DNA of 35,502 bases from a virus (IMGVR_UViG_3300005739_000402:1-35502); one strand, 5' to 3'. Shown: positions 1-9,517, counted from the first letter of the stretch. Numbers and translations: made by a program. The notes: generated by a model not told the origin, from the letters alone.

Positions 1-336
1 GCACTGGCAACGGTTTTAACCTCCCCTGATTGGTCGCACCTTGCCCCCTATGTCAATCTGAGCGATATTTACTGGCGGCTGCGGTGGGATCGGAAATGTC
101 GCCACATCAAACTCAACGGTGAAAAAGGATGTCTGACGCTTGAGGCCCGCCGCTGGGCACTGGGGGAAATCCTCGCCTTACAGGATGAGTCGGCACGGCT
201 AGCGCTGGAATTGGGGCGGAAACCTTATGTGCTGATTGAGCCGGAGGAAGTGGATCTGATTCAGCAGATGCTTGAGGCCCGGACATTCCCAGATCCTCGG
301 AGGTATGCCCCTGAAGAACTGGCTGATAAAAATTAG
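1..336 (+). CDS. 3' end of a PAPS-reductase/DndC-like protein (truncated by window edge)
   Basis: Frame 1 is open from base 1 to TAG 334-336: ...GCLTLEARRWALGEILALQ...LIEPEEVDLIQQML. This resembles the C-terminal pattern of DndC-like PAPS reductases as I recall it; catalytic motifs are outside the window. Confidence 0.5.
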   Translation, partial: ALATVLTSPDWSHLAPYVNLSDIYWRLRWDRKCRHIKLNGEKGCLTLEARRWALGEILALQDESARLALELGRKPYVLIEPEEVDLIQQMLEARTFPDPRRYAPEELADKN

Positions 337-422
337 ATGCTTTGGATGATAGGACTCTAAAGGTTACGGCCTTGCCCCGTGCCCAGGCGTTACACTAGGC
401 ATAGTTCCCCCCACTCCGCACG

Positions 423-1061
423 ATGTCGGACGATGCGCCACCCCCACTGATCCTAGTCGTCAACGTGCCCACGGAGGACGAGACGGTTATTTTGCACCTG
501 ACCAACGCTGTCGATGAACTACCCCAGCATTGGCAGATTGGACGGGCAAGCGATTGCGCGGTGAGGATTCGGGACAAACAGGTAAGCGCCCACCATGCGA
601 CGATTCGAGCCGAGCCAATCGTGGGTGGCAACAACTATGATCATTGGGGCCGACGCCGTTACCTGTGGCGGTTCAAGGATAACAACAGCACTAACGGAAC
701 GTTTCAAAATGGAATTCAGATAGGCGGTAGGGGCCATCCCTCACCCTGGATAGAGATTGAGGACAACGACTCGATTACCGTGGGTCAGCAGACTCGAATC
801 CGGTTTAGCTTCGATGGCAACTTTACCGACGGCACGGGCGAGGTAACCGTAGGGCTGGTAAGCGAACCCCACGTAACGCCATCGGGGCCTACAGATATTT
901 GCAGCAAAGCGTCAGAGGAGGCCAATAGGGGCACCCTTTGGGATATTCTGTACCTAGTCCTGCTAGGGCCAAAGGACTTGAGTAATTGGCTCTGGTGGCT
1001 GTTTCTGGCCATTGTCGGTAGTGCTGTGTTCCTTACCCTGGAGTGGATTAGGAGTCGGTAG
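423..1061 (+). CDS. FHA-domain protein with C-terminal membrane anchor
   Basis: FHA motifs IGR, VSAHHA and DNNSTNGTF; hydrophobic C-terminus WLWWLFLAIVGSAVFLTL. Confidence 0.85.
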   Translation: MSDDAPPPLILVVNVPTEDETVILHLTNAVDELPQHWQIGRASDCAVRIRDKQVSAHHATIRAEPIVGGNNYDHWGRRRYLWRFKDNNSTNGTFQNGIQIGGRGHPSPWIEIEDNDSITVGQQTRIRFSFDGNFTDGTGEVTVGLVSEPHVTPSGPTDICSKASEEANRGTLWDILYLVLLGPKDLSNWLWWLFLAIVGSAVFLTLEWIRSR

Positions 1062-1063
1062 CC

Positions 1064-1489
1064 ATGGAGATTGCAAGATGTCCTGGAGTGTTGCCAGATG
1101 GGTTTTACTGCGAACGCCGCTGGCACTGTGTTCGATACCGCTATGGCCATGGGGATCTGTGGTTAACGCCTGCCTTTATGGATGGCGTATGCCGGGACTT
1201 CAAGCCAATACACCAAGAGGGGAGAAGGGGAGTGGACTGGATTCATATTTGGCCGGGAGGGGTGCTAGTGTGCCACCCCAAAGGATGGGCAACGTTTCGC
1301 TTTTTGCCAGATGGGGGCTTCTCGATTGAGGTGGAAGAACCCCCGTCTGTGTCATGGCCCAAAGTGCTGCTGCAATGGGTGTTCGCTCCGGATTACATTC
1401 GCCTGAGTCATTGGCGCTGTCCCAGGAATTTGCAGCAATGGAAACGTCAGATCCGTTGGTGGCTTGAGGATATGAAGGGGGAGGAATAG
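1064..1489 (+). CDS. hypothetical protein
   Basis: 141-aa ORF tightly packed between its neighbours. Confidence 0.55.
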   Translation: MEIARCPGVLPDGFYCERRWHCVRYRYGHGDLWLTPAFMDGVCRDFKPIHQEGRRGVDWIHIWPGGVLVCHPKGWATFRFLPDGGFSIEVEEPPSVSWPKVLLQWVFAPDYIRLSHWRCPRNLQQWKRQIRWWLEDMKGEE

Positions 1490-1683
1490 TGAGTCGTCCA
1501 GTGTTGCCCCGCTGTCTGGGGGTGTTTCCCCAAGGCAACCCGTGCCCATACCGGGAAAGCTGCCTGCACTACACCAAAGGCCCCGACGCGCATGGAAGTT
1601 ACTGGGTGCCACGGGTTGAGGGGAAACGCTGCTTTGATTGGGAAACCGAACGGGGGTATGCCGTGGGAAGGGGGACACCATGA
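1489..1683 (+). CDS. small Cys-containing hypothetical protein
   Basis: GTG start overlaps the upstream TAG, preceded by GGAGG; CPYRESC motif. Confidence 0.55.
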   Translation: MSRPVLPRCLGVFPQGNPCPYRESCLHYTKGPDAHGSYWVPRVEGKRCFDWETERGYAVGRGTP

Positions 1684-1907
1684 CAAACACAGAAAAACTC
1701 AAAGCCTTTGCCGCTATACAACGAAACAAAGATGTGATGTTGCTGGCCATGCAGGGGCTAAACGACCGACAGATCGCGGCCAACCTACGCCTAGGGCGCG
1801 GCACTGTAACCACCATCGTCTCGCAAGCCAATGAACTACTAGGCAACGGCGGGGGCATTAGCATCCATGCTTTGGGGGCGACTTTGAGGGGGATGAAAAA
1901 GCCATGA
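1680..1907 (+). CDS. HTH DNA-binding protein (LuxR/sigma-region-4-like)
   Basis: GLNDRQIAANLRLGRGTVTTIV helix-turn-helix; ATGA overlap at 1680. Confidence 0.65.
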   Translation: MTNTEKLKAFAAIQRNKDVMLLAMQGLNDRQIAANLRLGRGTVTTIVSQANELLGNGGGISIHALGATLRGMKKP

Positions 1908-2191
1908 CTCGCGACGAAAAGCGCCAACTCGCCGACCACGACCGCACCCTAGACGCGACATTGCTCACGACCGAGGGTGTGTACCTAAACTCAGAACGCA
2001 CCGCTTTGAGGGATGCCTGTGGTGATTGGTAGCCTATCGCCTGGAGTAGCCACCTAGAGCGCTACGAATCTCCCATTGCCCATGTTGATGCCGTGCTGAG
2101 ACGGGCAAGCCGGAGCCTAGGGGACTAAGGATTGGGACGTTCTGGACAAGGACACCCTAGAATAGAATAGGCCAAGACTTTAGGGATAGCC

Positions 2192-4414
2192 ATGCAGGGG
2201 ACACCACTCTTACCGCCATTGTTCGGCACAGCGGCCCTGAAGGATACTGGGACGACGGAGGGCACTGTACCACTCAGGACGGTCAATGGTGCCTTGGTCG
2301 GCCCGATGGCCTGGTCTGAGCTAACCAATACTCCCACGACCTTAAGCGGCTACGGGATTACTGACGCGGCTACCAGTGCCCAGGGCAGTTTGGCGGATAC
2401 CGCTGTGCAGCCCGGAGACCTTGCCACGGTTGCGACCACGGGCAGTTACACCGACCTGCTGAATAAACCCACCATCACAACTGGCACCGTTGAGTCAGTA
2501 GGCTTGGCCCTGCCATCGCAGTTCACCGTCACTGGATCGCCTGTCACCAGTACAGGGACGCTAACCGCTGCCTGGGCTTCCCAGACCCAAGCCCATGTTC
2601 TAGCCGCGCCTAGCGACGGCAATGGTACGCCTACATTTCGAGCGTTGGTGGCGACCGATATTCCGACACTTAACCAAAACACGACCGGGACAGCGGCCAA
2701 TGTAACGGGTATCGTTGCAATAGCTAACGGTGGAACCGGGACAAACACAGCACAGCTAGCTATCAATACCTTGGTTGGAGCCGTTACCAGTGGTCAATAC
2801 CTTCGAGGCGATGGCACCAATGTGGTGATGTCTGCCATCCAGGCGGCGGACATCCCGACACTGAATCAAAACACGACCGGGACGGCTAGCAACGTCACGG
2901 GCATTGTCGCTGTAGCTAACGGGGGGACGGGGACAAGCACAGCACAGCTAGCTATCAATGCTTTGGCCGGAGCCGTTACCAGTGGGCAGTACCTTCGAGG
3001 CGATGGCACCAATGTGGTGATGTCTGCCATCCAAGCGACGGACATTCCAACCCTTAACCAAAACACGACCGGGACAGCGGCTAACGTCACCGGGGTTGTG
3101 GCCCTTGCCAATGGTGGAACCGGGGCGACGACGGCCCAGTTAGCCATCAATGCCTTGGCTGGGGCTGTCACCAGTGGTCAATACTTGCGGGGCAATGGCA
3201 CGAATGTGGTGATGTCTGCCATTCAGGCAGCGGATGTGCCGACCCTCAACCAAAACACAACCGGGACGGCTAGCAATGTTACCGGGGTTGTGGCCCTTGC
3301 CAATGGTGGGACGGGTGCAACGACTGACGCAGATGCCCGAACCAATTTGGGGCTAGCCATTGGCACGAATGTCCAAGCCTATGACGCAGACCTTGCAGCC
3401 CTTGCGGCACTAACGACCACGGGCTTGATTGACCGCACAGGCGATGGCACGGCCACAACTCGCGCAACTGGAGCGACTGGACTGAGTGTGCTGGCGGCAG
3501 TGAATGAAGCGGAGGCACGGACAGCCATTGGTGTCGGTGCCATTACAAACCGTAACCGCCTAATCAATGGTGGCATGGCCATCGACCAGCGCAATGTTGG
3601 CAATGCCCAAACCATTACAGCCGGGGCCGCATTGGCCTATACGGTAGATCGTTGGTACGCCTATTGCACTGGGGCAAACGTCACCGGGCAACGGGTGCAG
3701 GGTGCTACGGCTGGGCGTTTTCGCTATCAATTTACAGGTGCGGCTAGCGTTACCGCTATTGGTTTTGGTCAGCGGATTGAACAACTCAACAGCGCTGATT
3801 TAGCAGGAACCACCGCAACCCTATCGGTAGACCTCGCCAACAGCCTACTGACTTCCGTAACCTGGACGGCCTATTATGCCGCCACAACAGATACGTTTGG
3901 GACACTGGCATCCCCCACTCGCACCCAAATTGCAACGGGGACGTTTACCGTCAATAGCACCGTTACCCGATACTCCACTCAAATTGCAATTCCAATTGCG
4001 GCGGTAACGGGCATTGAAATTGTGTTCACGGTTGGGGCACAAACATCAGGAACATGGATAATTGGCAATGTCCAGTTGGAGCCGGGTAGTGTTGCTACTC
4101 TTTTTGAAAGTAGGTTGCACGGGACTGAATTGGCATTGTGCCAAAGGTATACATTTATAGGTGGAAATGGCCATCTTGTATCAGGATACCATGCACCTGA
4201 TGGAATAGGTAACTTTATATACCTTCAACCTTTTTATTACAATACTACCATGAGAGCTAATCCTACAGTCTCTTTCTCCCATGCAGGTGCATTTGTTATG
4301 GTATCATTTAATTCATTTCCTTTTGGTTTTTTATTCTATAGCTACAAAGCTTATACTGAGGGTTTTCAAAAGTCTACTCTGACTTCTAACATTTTTGCGA
4401 TAGCAGAACTGTAA
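2192..4414 (+). CDS. tail fibre protein with internal repeats
   Basis: PTTLSGYGITD motif, NGGTG repeats, NRLING...VDRW carbohydrate-binding-like region, and ELALCQRY...AEL terminal module. Confidence 0.85.
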   Translation: MQGTPLLPPLFGTAALKDTGTTEGTVPLRTVNGALVGPMAWSELTNTPTTLSGYGITDAATSAQGSLADTAVQPGDLATVATTGSYTDLLNKPTITTGTVESVGLALPSQFTVTGSPVTSTGTLTAAWASQTQAHVLAAPSDGNGTPTFRALVATDIPTLNQNTTGTAANVTGIVAIANGGTGTNTAQLAINTLVGAVTSGQYLRGDGTNVVMSAIQAADIPTLNQNTTGTASNVTGIVAVANGGTGTSTAQLAINALAGAVTSGQYLRGDGTNVVMSAIQATDIPTLNQNTTGTAANVTGVVALANGGTGATTAQLAINALAGAVTSGQYLRGNGTNVVMSAIQAADVPTLNQNTTGTASNVTGVVALANGGTGATTDADARTNLGLAIGTNVQAYDADLAALAALTTTGLIDRTGDGTATTRATGATGLSVLAAVNEAEARTAIGVGAITNRNRLINGGMAIDQRNVGNAQTITAGAALAYTVDRWYAYCTGANVTGQRVQGATAGRFRYQFTGAASVTAIGFGQRIEQLNSADLAGTTATLSVDLANSLLTSVTWTAYYAATTDTFGTLASPTRTQIATGTFTVNSTVTRYSTQIAIPIAAVTGIEIVFTVGAQTSGTWIIGNVQLEPGSVATLFESRLHGTELALCQRYTFIGGNGHLVSGYHAPDGIGNFIYLQPFYYNTTMRANPTVSFSHAGAFVMVSFNSFPFGFLFYSYKAYTEGFQKSTLTSNIFAIAEL
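2657..3330 (+). repeat. about 3.5 tandem 192-bp (64-aa) coding repeats in the tail fibre
   Basis: DIPTLNQNTTGTAxNVTG...GQYLRGxGTNVVMSAIQA recurs with a 192-bp period (~2672, 2864, 3056, 3248). Confidence 0.95.
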
Positions 4415-4417
4415 GCT

Positions 4418-4846
4418 ATGTATCAACTAACAGCATCAACAAACATTCTTCGACTAGCCGACAATGCCTTCATTCCGGCGGAATCAACAAATATTGATTA
4501 CCAGGAATATCTAGCCTGGGTATCAGCCGGGAATACGCCAGAACCCTATGTGCCGCCAGTTGTGGCAACGCCAACAGATTGGGATGGATTCAATCAAGCC
4601 ATTCTCAGCAACACCGAATTCAACCAGGTTTACGCCGCCGTTATGGCGAGTCATCCCCTGATTGCCGCTGCTCTCCCCGCTGCCCTAACCCAGGTGGCCA
4701 GTGGACAAACGGCGATGTTTGCCACGGTGTTTACCCAGATGTGTGCTGTGGCCAGTGTGAGTGCCGAACAGCGGGGCATCTGGGCTACCCTGGCGGAGAC
4801 TCACCACTGCCCTGCTGAGTTTGTGGCGGTGGTTCGAGGGACATAA
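4418..4846 (+). CDS. tail fibre assembly/chaperone-like protein
   Basis: MYQL...AFIP...NIDYQEYLAWV..GNTPEP N-terminus, directly after the fibre gene. Confidence 0.7.
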   Translation: MYQLTASTNILRLADNAFIPAESTNIDYQEYLAWVSAGNTPEPYVPPVVATPTDWDGFNQAILSNTEFNQVYAAVMASHPLIAAALPAALTQVASGQTAMFATVFTQMCAVASVSAEQRGIWATLAETHHCPAEFVAVVRGT

Positions 4847-4848
4847 TC

Positions 4849-5490
4849 ATGGCTAACGAACTCAACCTTGACCTAACCCCGGCCCGCACGGGCTACACCA
4901 TGACCGTGCAGCTGTTATTGAATGGCGCTTTGTACGGTAGCCCTATCGCCGCGACAGAACCCACCCCTGGCTACTACACGGCCACGATGACGGCCCCCGC
5001 TGGAGACTATGCCGTTCGGTTCATCGTGGATAGTACAACCATTGGTACTGGGTTTATTCGGTGGGACGGCACCGCAGAGATTTTGGACACCCCCGGTACA
5101 TCCACCTTGCTATCCCGCCTAAGCGAAACTCGCGCCGGATACCTGGACGCCGCCATTAGTAGCCGTTTAGCCGCGATCTCCTACACCGAACCCCTGACTA
5201 TTCTCCAAACTGCCAATGCCGTTACGGATGCCCTCACAGCCTACCCCGTGGCGACCCTGGCCCAAGTTCAGGCGGCGGGGTTTACCTCAGGTAGGGATGC
5301 CTCTTTGGTCGCTACAGAGGCCGCTGCTAAGGCCGTGGCAGACGGTCGGCACAAAATTGATTACTTGGCCGCTACCGCTACTCAGTACGATGTTGATGGC
5401 AACCCTCGGACGGTATTCGATTTGCTCGACCAAGACGGTAACCCCGCGACTACGGCTCAAGCTGCCGTTGAAAGGGTGCCACAACCATGA
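4849..5490 (+). CDS. hypothetical, probably virion-associated protein
   Basis: Ala/Thr-rich; YLDAAISSR motif; operonic with the fibre genes. Confidence 0.65.
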   Translation: MANELNLDLTPARTGYTMTVQLLLNGALYGSPIAATEPTPGYYTATMTAPAGDYAVRFIVDSTTIGTGFIRWDGTAEILDTPGTSTLLSRLSETRAGYLDAAISSRLAAISYTEPLTILQTANAVTDALTAYPVATLAQVQAAGFTSGRDASLVATEAAAKAVADGRHKIDYLAATATQYDVDGNPRTVFDLLDQDGNPATTAQAAVERVPQP

Positions 5491-5690
5491 CCATGCCCAA
5501 ACAAGAACAACTCCAAGCCCTAGCCAGTGAACTCTGCACCGATGACCAGTGTGAGTTCTGGATTGAGTATCGCCCTAACCGTGGGTGGTTTGCCGTTGCC
5601 ACAGAGAGCCGATGGTTTGGCGATGACGGCGAATACCTGGGCCGTGTTTACCAGGAAGCCCGCTACGGATTGATGGCCATCTTAGGATAA
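5487..5690 (+). CDS. hypothetical protein
   Basis: ATGA-coupled 67-aa ORF. Confidence 0.55.
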   Translation: MTMPKQEQLQALASELCTDDQCEFWIEYRPNRGWFAVATESRWFGDDGEYLGRVYQEARYGLMAILG

Positions 5691-5694
5691 TGCC

Positions 5695-5985
5695 ATGACA
5701 CTTTTCCCCCTTGGCCTAGAGCAAAACCTACATCCGATTCCCCTTAGTCCCGCTGCTATCAGCAGGCTATTGCCAACCATCTGCATTCCGGCAGTCTCCA
5801 TTGCTGATCTTAGCGACGTGCTGAGCATTCGCGATGCCCTGGAGATTTTGACGATCCGCGATGCCATGGACGTTCTGACGATTCACGAATCCATGGACAT
5901 CCTGGACATTCACGATGCATCAGATAGCCTAGAATTGACAGAGGACTTGCCCACAACGTCCATTATTCCCGGCTGCGAGGCATAG
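5695..5985 (+). CDS. hypothetical protein with 9-aa repeats
   Basis: LSIRDALEI/LTIRDAMDV/LTIHESMDI/LDIHDASDS. Confidence 0.55.
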   Translation: MTLFPLGLEQNLHPIPLSPAAISRLLPTICIPAVSIADLSDVLSIRDALEILTIRDAMDVLTIHESMDILDIHDASDSLELTEDLPTTSIIPGCEA

Positions 5986-5987
5986 CA

Positions 5988-6461
5988 ATGGCTGATGATT
6001 TTCTGGACGGCAAAATCTACACCGTTGGCACCGCTGGCCTAGAAGGGTTGATCTACGACTTCACCCAACCCGTGGAAAAGGACGAGCCGAGCTTGGTCAA
6101 TGCTGCCATTGCGTTACGGGTCTGGAAACTGGTAGGCACCGTCAAGTTCTCGACCGATGGCATTCTTGACAAAACCCGCGCTTTGCCGCCCGGATCGCCC
6201 ACTCCTTCCATAATCCTGACCGTGGGGAGTGGCCTCACTCGAATCACCAATCAGGCCAAGCACCAGACGGGCAGCATTCAGTTTACCCCCGCCCAACTTA
6301 TCACCCTGCTAGGCACCGACACCCTAGCGGCGTTTAGTTACTTGTGGGTCATTACCCCCGTTACCAATGGGCCCGCCGCTCGCCCCCTAGGGTTAGGGTA
6401 CGATGGGGTATTTGGCTTGGTCAAAGAGGGTTATACCCTGCCTAGTGCGGCGAAGGTTTAG
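5988..6461 (+). CDS. hypothetical beta-rich protein, possibly structural
   Basis: 157-aa ORF in the same operon. Confidence 0.6.
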   Translation: MADDFLDGKIYTVGTAGLEGLIYDFTQPVEKDEPSLVNAAIALRVWKLVGTVKFSTDGILDKTRALPPGSPTPSIILTVGSGLTRITNQAKHQTGSIQFTPAQLITLLGTDTLAAFSYLWVITPVTNGPAARPLGLGYDGVFGLVKEGYTLPSAAKV

Positions 6462-6544
6462 AGCAATGGTTTGGGGATTAACGTTGATTGCTGTGATAGG
6501 GCTGGCGACCGTGTTGTTTTTGGATGCAATTTTGGAGGATGACA

Positions 6545-7144
6545 TTGATTAAACCCGACATTTGGATTCAACAGCAAGCCATCGAAAACCGGATGATTGA
6601 TCCATTCGTGCCGAGCCTTATCCGAGAGGTAGATCGGGATGGCGTTACCAATCGGGTGATTAGCTATGGGCAGTCATCGTATGGGTACGATATCCGGCTG
6701 TCTCCTAAAGACTTTCGCATCTTTCGCCACATTCCCGGCGAGGTGGTGAATCCCAAACGGTTCAACCCTGCCCACCTAGAACAAGCCCCGCTATTCAGTG
6801 ATGAGGATGGCGAGTACTTTATCCTACCAGCCCATACCTATGCCCTAGGAGTGACCATGGAGCGGGTGGTGATGCCTCCCAATATTACTGGGCTGTTGCT
6901 CAACAAATCCACCATGGTACGTTGTGCCGTGTTGCTACCAACAACCGTTATTGAGGCGGGTTTTGTAGGGTCAATCACTTTGGAGATTTCCAACTCATCT
7001 CACAGCGATTGCCGCATCTATGCCGGGGAAGGCATTGGTCAACTTCTGTTTTTCGAAGGCGAAGCCTGTGAGATTTGCTATGAAACCCGCAAGGGCAAAT
7101 ACCAAGACCAAGCACTTGAAACCGTTACCCTAGCCAAAGTCTAA
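6545..7144 (+). CDS. dcd: dCTP deaminase
   Basis: ISYGQSSYGYDIRL, KSTxxR, ITLEISN, IYAGEGIGQLLFF and RKGKYQDQ motifs. TTG 6545 lies 6 nt after GGAGG (the track start at 6524 is an alternative). Confidence 0.9.
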   Translation: MIKPDIWIQQQAIENRMIDPFVPSLIREVDRDGVTNRVISYGQSSYGYDIRLSPKDFRIFRHIPGEVVNPKRFNPAHLEQAPLFSDEDGEYFILPAHTYALGVTMERVVMPPNITGLLLNKSTMVRCAVLLPTTVIEAGFVGSITLEISNSSHSDCRIYAGEGIGQLLFFEGEACEICYETRKGKYQDQALETVTLAKV

Positions 7145-7146
7145 CC

Positions 7147-7371
7147 ATGCTTGATACCCCTACTCTACGCATCCTTGATTCCCGCTTTGTCGCTGGCACA
7201 AAACACATTGTCCACCATGTGCAACTCTTTCAAAATGGTGATGTCATTCTGCAATGGATGGACAATGAAACGCTAAACGAATGGCGACGCAAACTTTACG
7301 GTTACACCATCAACGATGGCGCTGTCTCCCATGTTGGTAACGTGGTTTGCCAAAAATACAACCCTCAATAG
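7147..7371 (+). CDS. hypothetical protein
   Basis: 74-aa ORF following dcd. Confidence 0.5.
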   Translation: MLDTPTLRILDSRFVAGTKHIVHHVQLFQNGDVILQWMDNETLNEWRRKLYGYTINDGAVSHVGNVVCQKYNPQ

Positions 7372-7466
7372 CCATCTGCACACGGTTGCTTGCGTTGATT
7401 AGCCACGTTGCCCAGAAGCTCTAGCCCCGACGAAATTCAGTCAATCAAAAAGCAACTCAAAACCCT

Positions 7467-7781
7467 ATGTCAGAAACCCCAGGAACCTACCCCGACCGTC
7501 CCCAATGGCGCTCCAAATACCATCGCCCAATCTGGGGCCGCAATGCCAATGGTGATGCTGTACAAACCTGGGTGGATGTCTACGATGTCCTCCACGCCTT
7601 TCGCCACGATGCCGATGGTGAACCCCTATCCCACCAACCGGGGGATGACGCCGTGGCCCATGCCGTAAAGAAATTGCTATGCCCCGGCCAGCGGGGTAGC
7701 AAGGGCCGATTACAGGATCTTAGTGAGGCATTGGTGGCTGTGCAGCGGGCTATCGATGCAACCATCTTGGAAACGCCCTAG
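7467..7781 (+). CDS. conserved phage protein (DUF3310-like)
   Basis: VDVYDVL..F...AHAVKKLLCPGQRGSK...DL.EA pattern. Confidence 0.6.
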   Translation: MSETPGTYPDRPQWRSKYHRPIWGRNANGDAVQTWVDVYDVLHAFRHDADGEPLSHQPGDDAVAHAVKKLLCPGQRGSKGRLQDLSEALVAVQRAIDATILETP

Positions 7782-7784
7782 CCC

Positions 7785-7817
7785 AAAACAAAACCCCGAC
7801 CGAGGGATGGCCGGGGT
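7785..7817 (-). terminator. intrinsic terminator-like hairpin (copy 1)
   Basis: ACCCCG...CGGGGT stem followed on the minus strand by TTTGTTTT. Confidence 0.5.
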
Positions 7818-7874
7818 GAGTGGTTCAACAATAGGTGAGGTAACACAAGGAGTAGTCTGTCTCAAGGATAATCC

Positions 7875-7903
7875 AAAAACAAAACCCCGACCGGATCCGG
7901 GGT
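7875..7903 (-). terminator. intrinsic terminator-like hairpin (copy 2)
   Basis: Direct repeat of AAAACAAAACCCCGACCG...CCGGGGTG. Confidence 0.5.
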
Positions 7904-7999
7904 GTAGCAGGTAGGAGATACGAGCGGCCCATGACTGCGTGCCGTGTGCCCCTAGCCTAACCCATCGGGCTAAAATTGAGCTGTAGCGTCGTGCCACCC

Positions 8000-8623
8000 A
8001 TGCCTAAAGACAAAGGTTATTTGATTCCTGTTCATGAATGTTTTGGGCCAACTGTCCAGGGAGAAGGTTTCTGGTCTGGATCAATTGTCAGCTTTATTAG
8101 GTTATCCGGATGCCCTGTGGGATGTCCATGGTGTGATACGGGGTATGCCGATGGAGGCGCGTCTCTTCCACGAGAAAAACGCTCTATTCATTCACTTATT
8201 GCCAACACTCAGAATCGGGTTGTTATTTCAGGCGGTGAGCCGTTTATTCATGCCAACATCTCTATACTGGTTGAGCATTTGATCGCTGCTGGCAAAAACG
8301 TACACATTGAAACGTCTGGCTCTTTCTATAAGCCCGTCAATGATTTAGCTTGGATAACCCTTAGTCCTAAAACTCATGTCAACAAGGATTACCCTGTTCA
8401 ACCCGATTTATGGGATCGTGCCAATGAAATCAAGCTTGTTATCGCAGATGGCACCGAGGTCGATTTCTATGCTCAATGGCTTAACCAATTCTCCGGACAT
8501 ATTTTCCTACAGCCTGAATATAGCCAGGGGGACAGCTCCCTAAAAAATACATTAGAATTATTGTATGCCAACCCTCGGTTCAGACTTTCGCTGCAAACCC
8601 ATAAAATGATTGGGGTTCTATGA
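8000..8623 (+). CDS. queE: 7-carboxy-7-deazaguanine synthase (radical SAM)
   Basis: TVQGEG, FIRLSGCPVGCPWCDT (CxxxCxxC), SGGEP, IETSG, LSPK and RLSLQTHK motifs. Confidence 0.95.
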   Translation: MPKDKGYLIPVHECFGPTVQGEGFWSGSIVSFIRLSGCPVGCPWCDTGYADGGASLPREKRSIHSLIANTQNRVVISGGEPFIHANISILVEHLIAAGKNVHIETSGSFYKPVNDLAWITLSPKTHVNKDYPVQPDLWDRANEIKLVIADGTEVDFYAQWLNQFSGHIFLQPEYSQGDSSLKNTLELLYANPRFRLSLQTHKMIGVL

Positions 8624-9021
8624 CCTGGATTCTGTCTAAGGAATTTACCTTTGAAGCTTCACATCAACTGCCACACCATGATGGCAAATGTGCCAGACTG
8701 CATGGCCACAGTTGGCGTGGAATGGTTTATGTGTCTGGCGATGTCCTGCATTCTGACGGGGCAAAGCAAGGGATGGTGATGGATTATGCCGACATCAAGA
8801 GACATCTAAAGCCCTTGGTCGAAAATCATCTTGATCATTATCATCTCAACGATTCTCTAAAATTGGAGACACCCACCAGTGAAGCCGTCGCCCAATGGAT
8901 CTACAACCAACTCAAGAGCGTTATCCCTAACCTCGTTTGCGTCCGGATTGACGAAACCTGTACCAGTCGATGCCTCTATACTGAACTCGCTGACTTCAGT
9001 CATGCGATCCTTATGGGGTGA
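8620..9021 (+). CDS. queD: 6-carboxy-5,6,7,8-tetrahydropterin synthase
   Basis: FEASHQL, CARLHGHS, LDHYHLN and PTSE motifs. Confidence 0.95.
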   Translation: MTWILSKEFTFEASHQLPHHDGKCARLHGHSWRGMVYVSGDVLHSDGAKQGMVMDYADIKRHLKPLVENHLDHYHLNDSLKLETPTSEAVAQWIYNQLKSVIPNLVCVRIDETCTSRCLYTELADFSHAILMG

Positions 9022-9517
9022 CTTGCTAGACTCGGAAGGGATGGAGGATACCCCTAGGCGAGTATTAAAGCATTGGGCCACAATCACCCATGGATTGAAC
9101 CAAGACCCGCAAGAACCCCTAGCCAAGACGTTTCCATGTGACCATGATGAAATCGTGGTCATTAAAGACATCCCGTTTAATTCTTTGTGTGAGCATCATT
9201 TATTACCGTTCTACGGTGTCGCTCACGTTGCCTACATCCCTAGCGGGCGGGTTGTTGGGCTTAGTAAGATTCCCCGGTGCTTAGATATCCTAGCTTCTCG
9301 CCCACAGTTACAAGAGCGACTGACCGACCAACTAGCCGAAGCCATTAACACCGCTTTGCAGCCTGTCGGGGTGGCTGTCGTGCTTTCGGCAGAGCATACC
9401 TGCATGACCACTAGGGGAGTTCTAAAGCCTGGTTCTGCCACCGTTACCAGTTGCCTTCTAGGTGTGTTTCGGGAAGACTCCGCGGCCCGCGCTGAAGTGT
9501 TGGGGTTGATGAAATGA
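9002..9517 (+). CDS. folE: GTP cyclohydrolase I
   Basis: TPRRV, SLCEHHLLPF, GLSKIPR, QLQERLT and HTCMTTRG motifs. Start uncertain (frame open from 8879). Confidence 0.95.
   Translation: MRSLWGDLLDSEGMEDTPRRVLKHWATITHGLNQDPQEPLAKTFPCDHDEIVVIKDIPFNSLCEHHLLPFYGVAHVAYIPSGRVVGLSKIPRCLDILASRPQLQERLTDQLAEAINTALQPVGVAVVLSAEHTCMTTRGVLKPGSATVTSCLLGVFREDSAARAEVLGLMK

Noticed and set aside
1904-2128. Genome-wide TAG recoding
   Set aside because: Many genes (e.g. terL, MCP) end cleanly at TAG, followed closely by the next gene.
4140-4414. Diversity-generating retroelement target
   Set aside because: No template repeat or reverse transcriptase is visible in the window.
8879-9021. QueD-FolE frameshift fusion
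   Set aside because: The frames overlap, but I found no slippery site and ATG 9002 gives a plausible FolE start.
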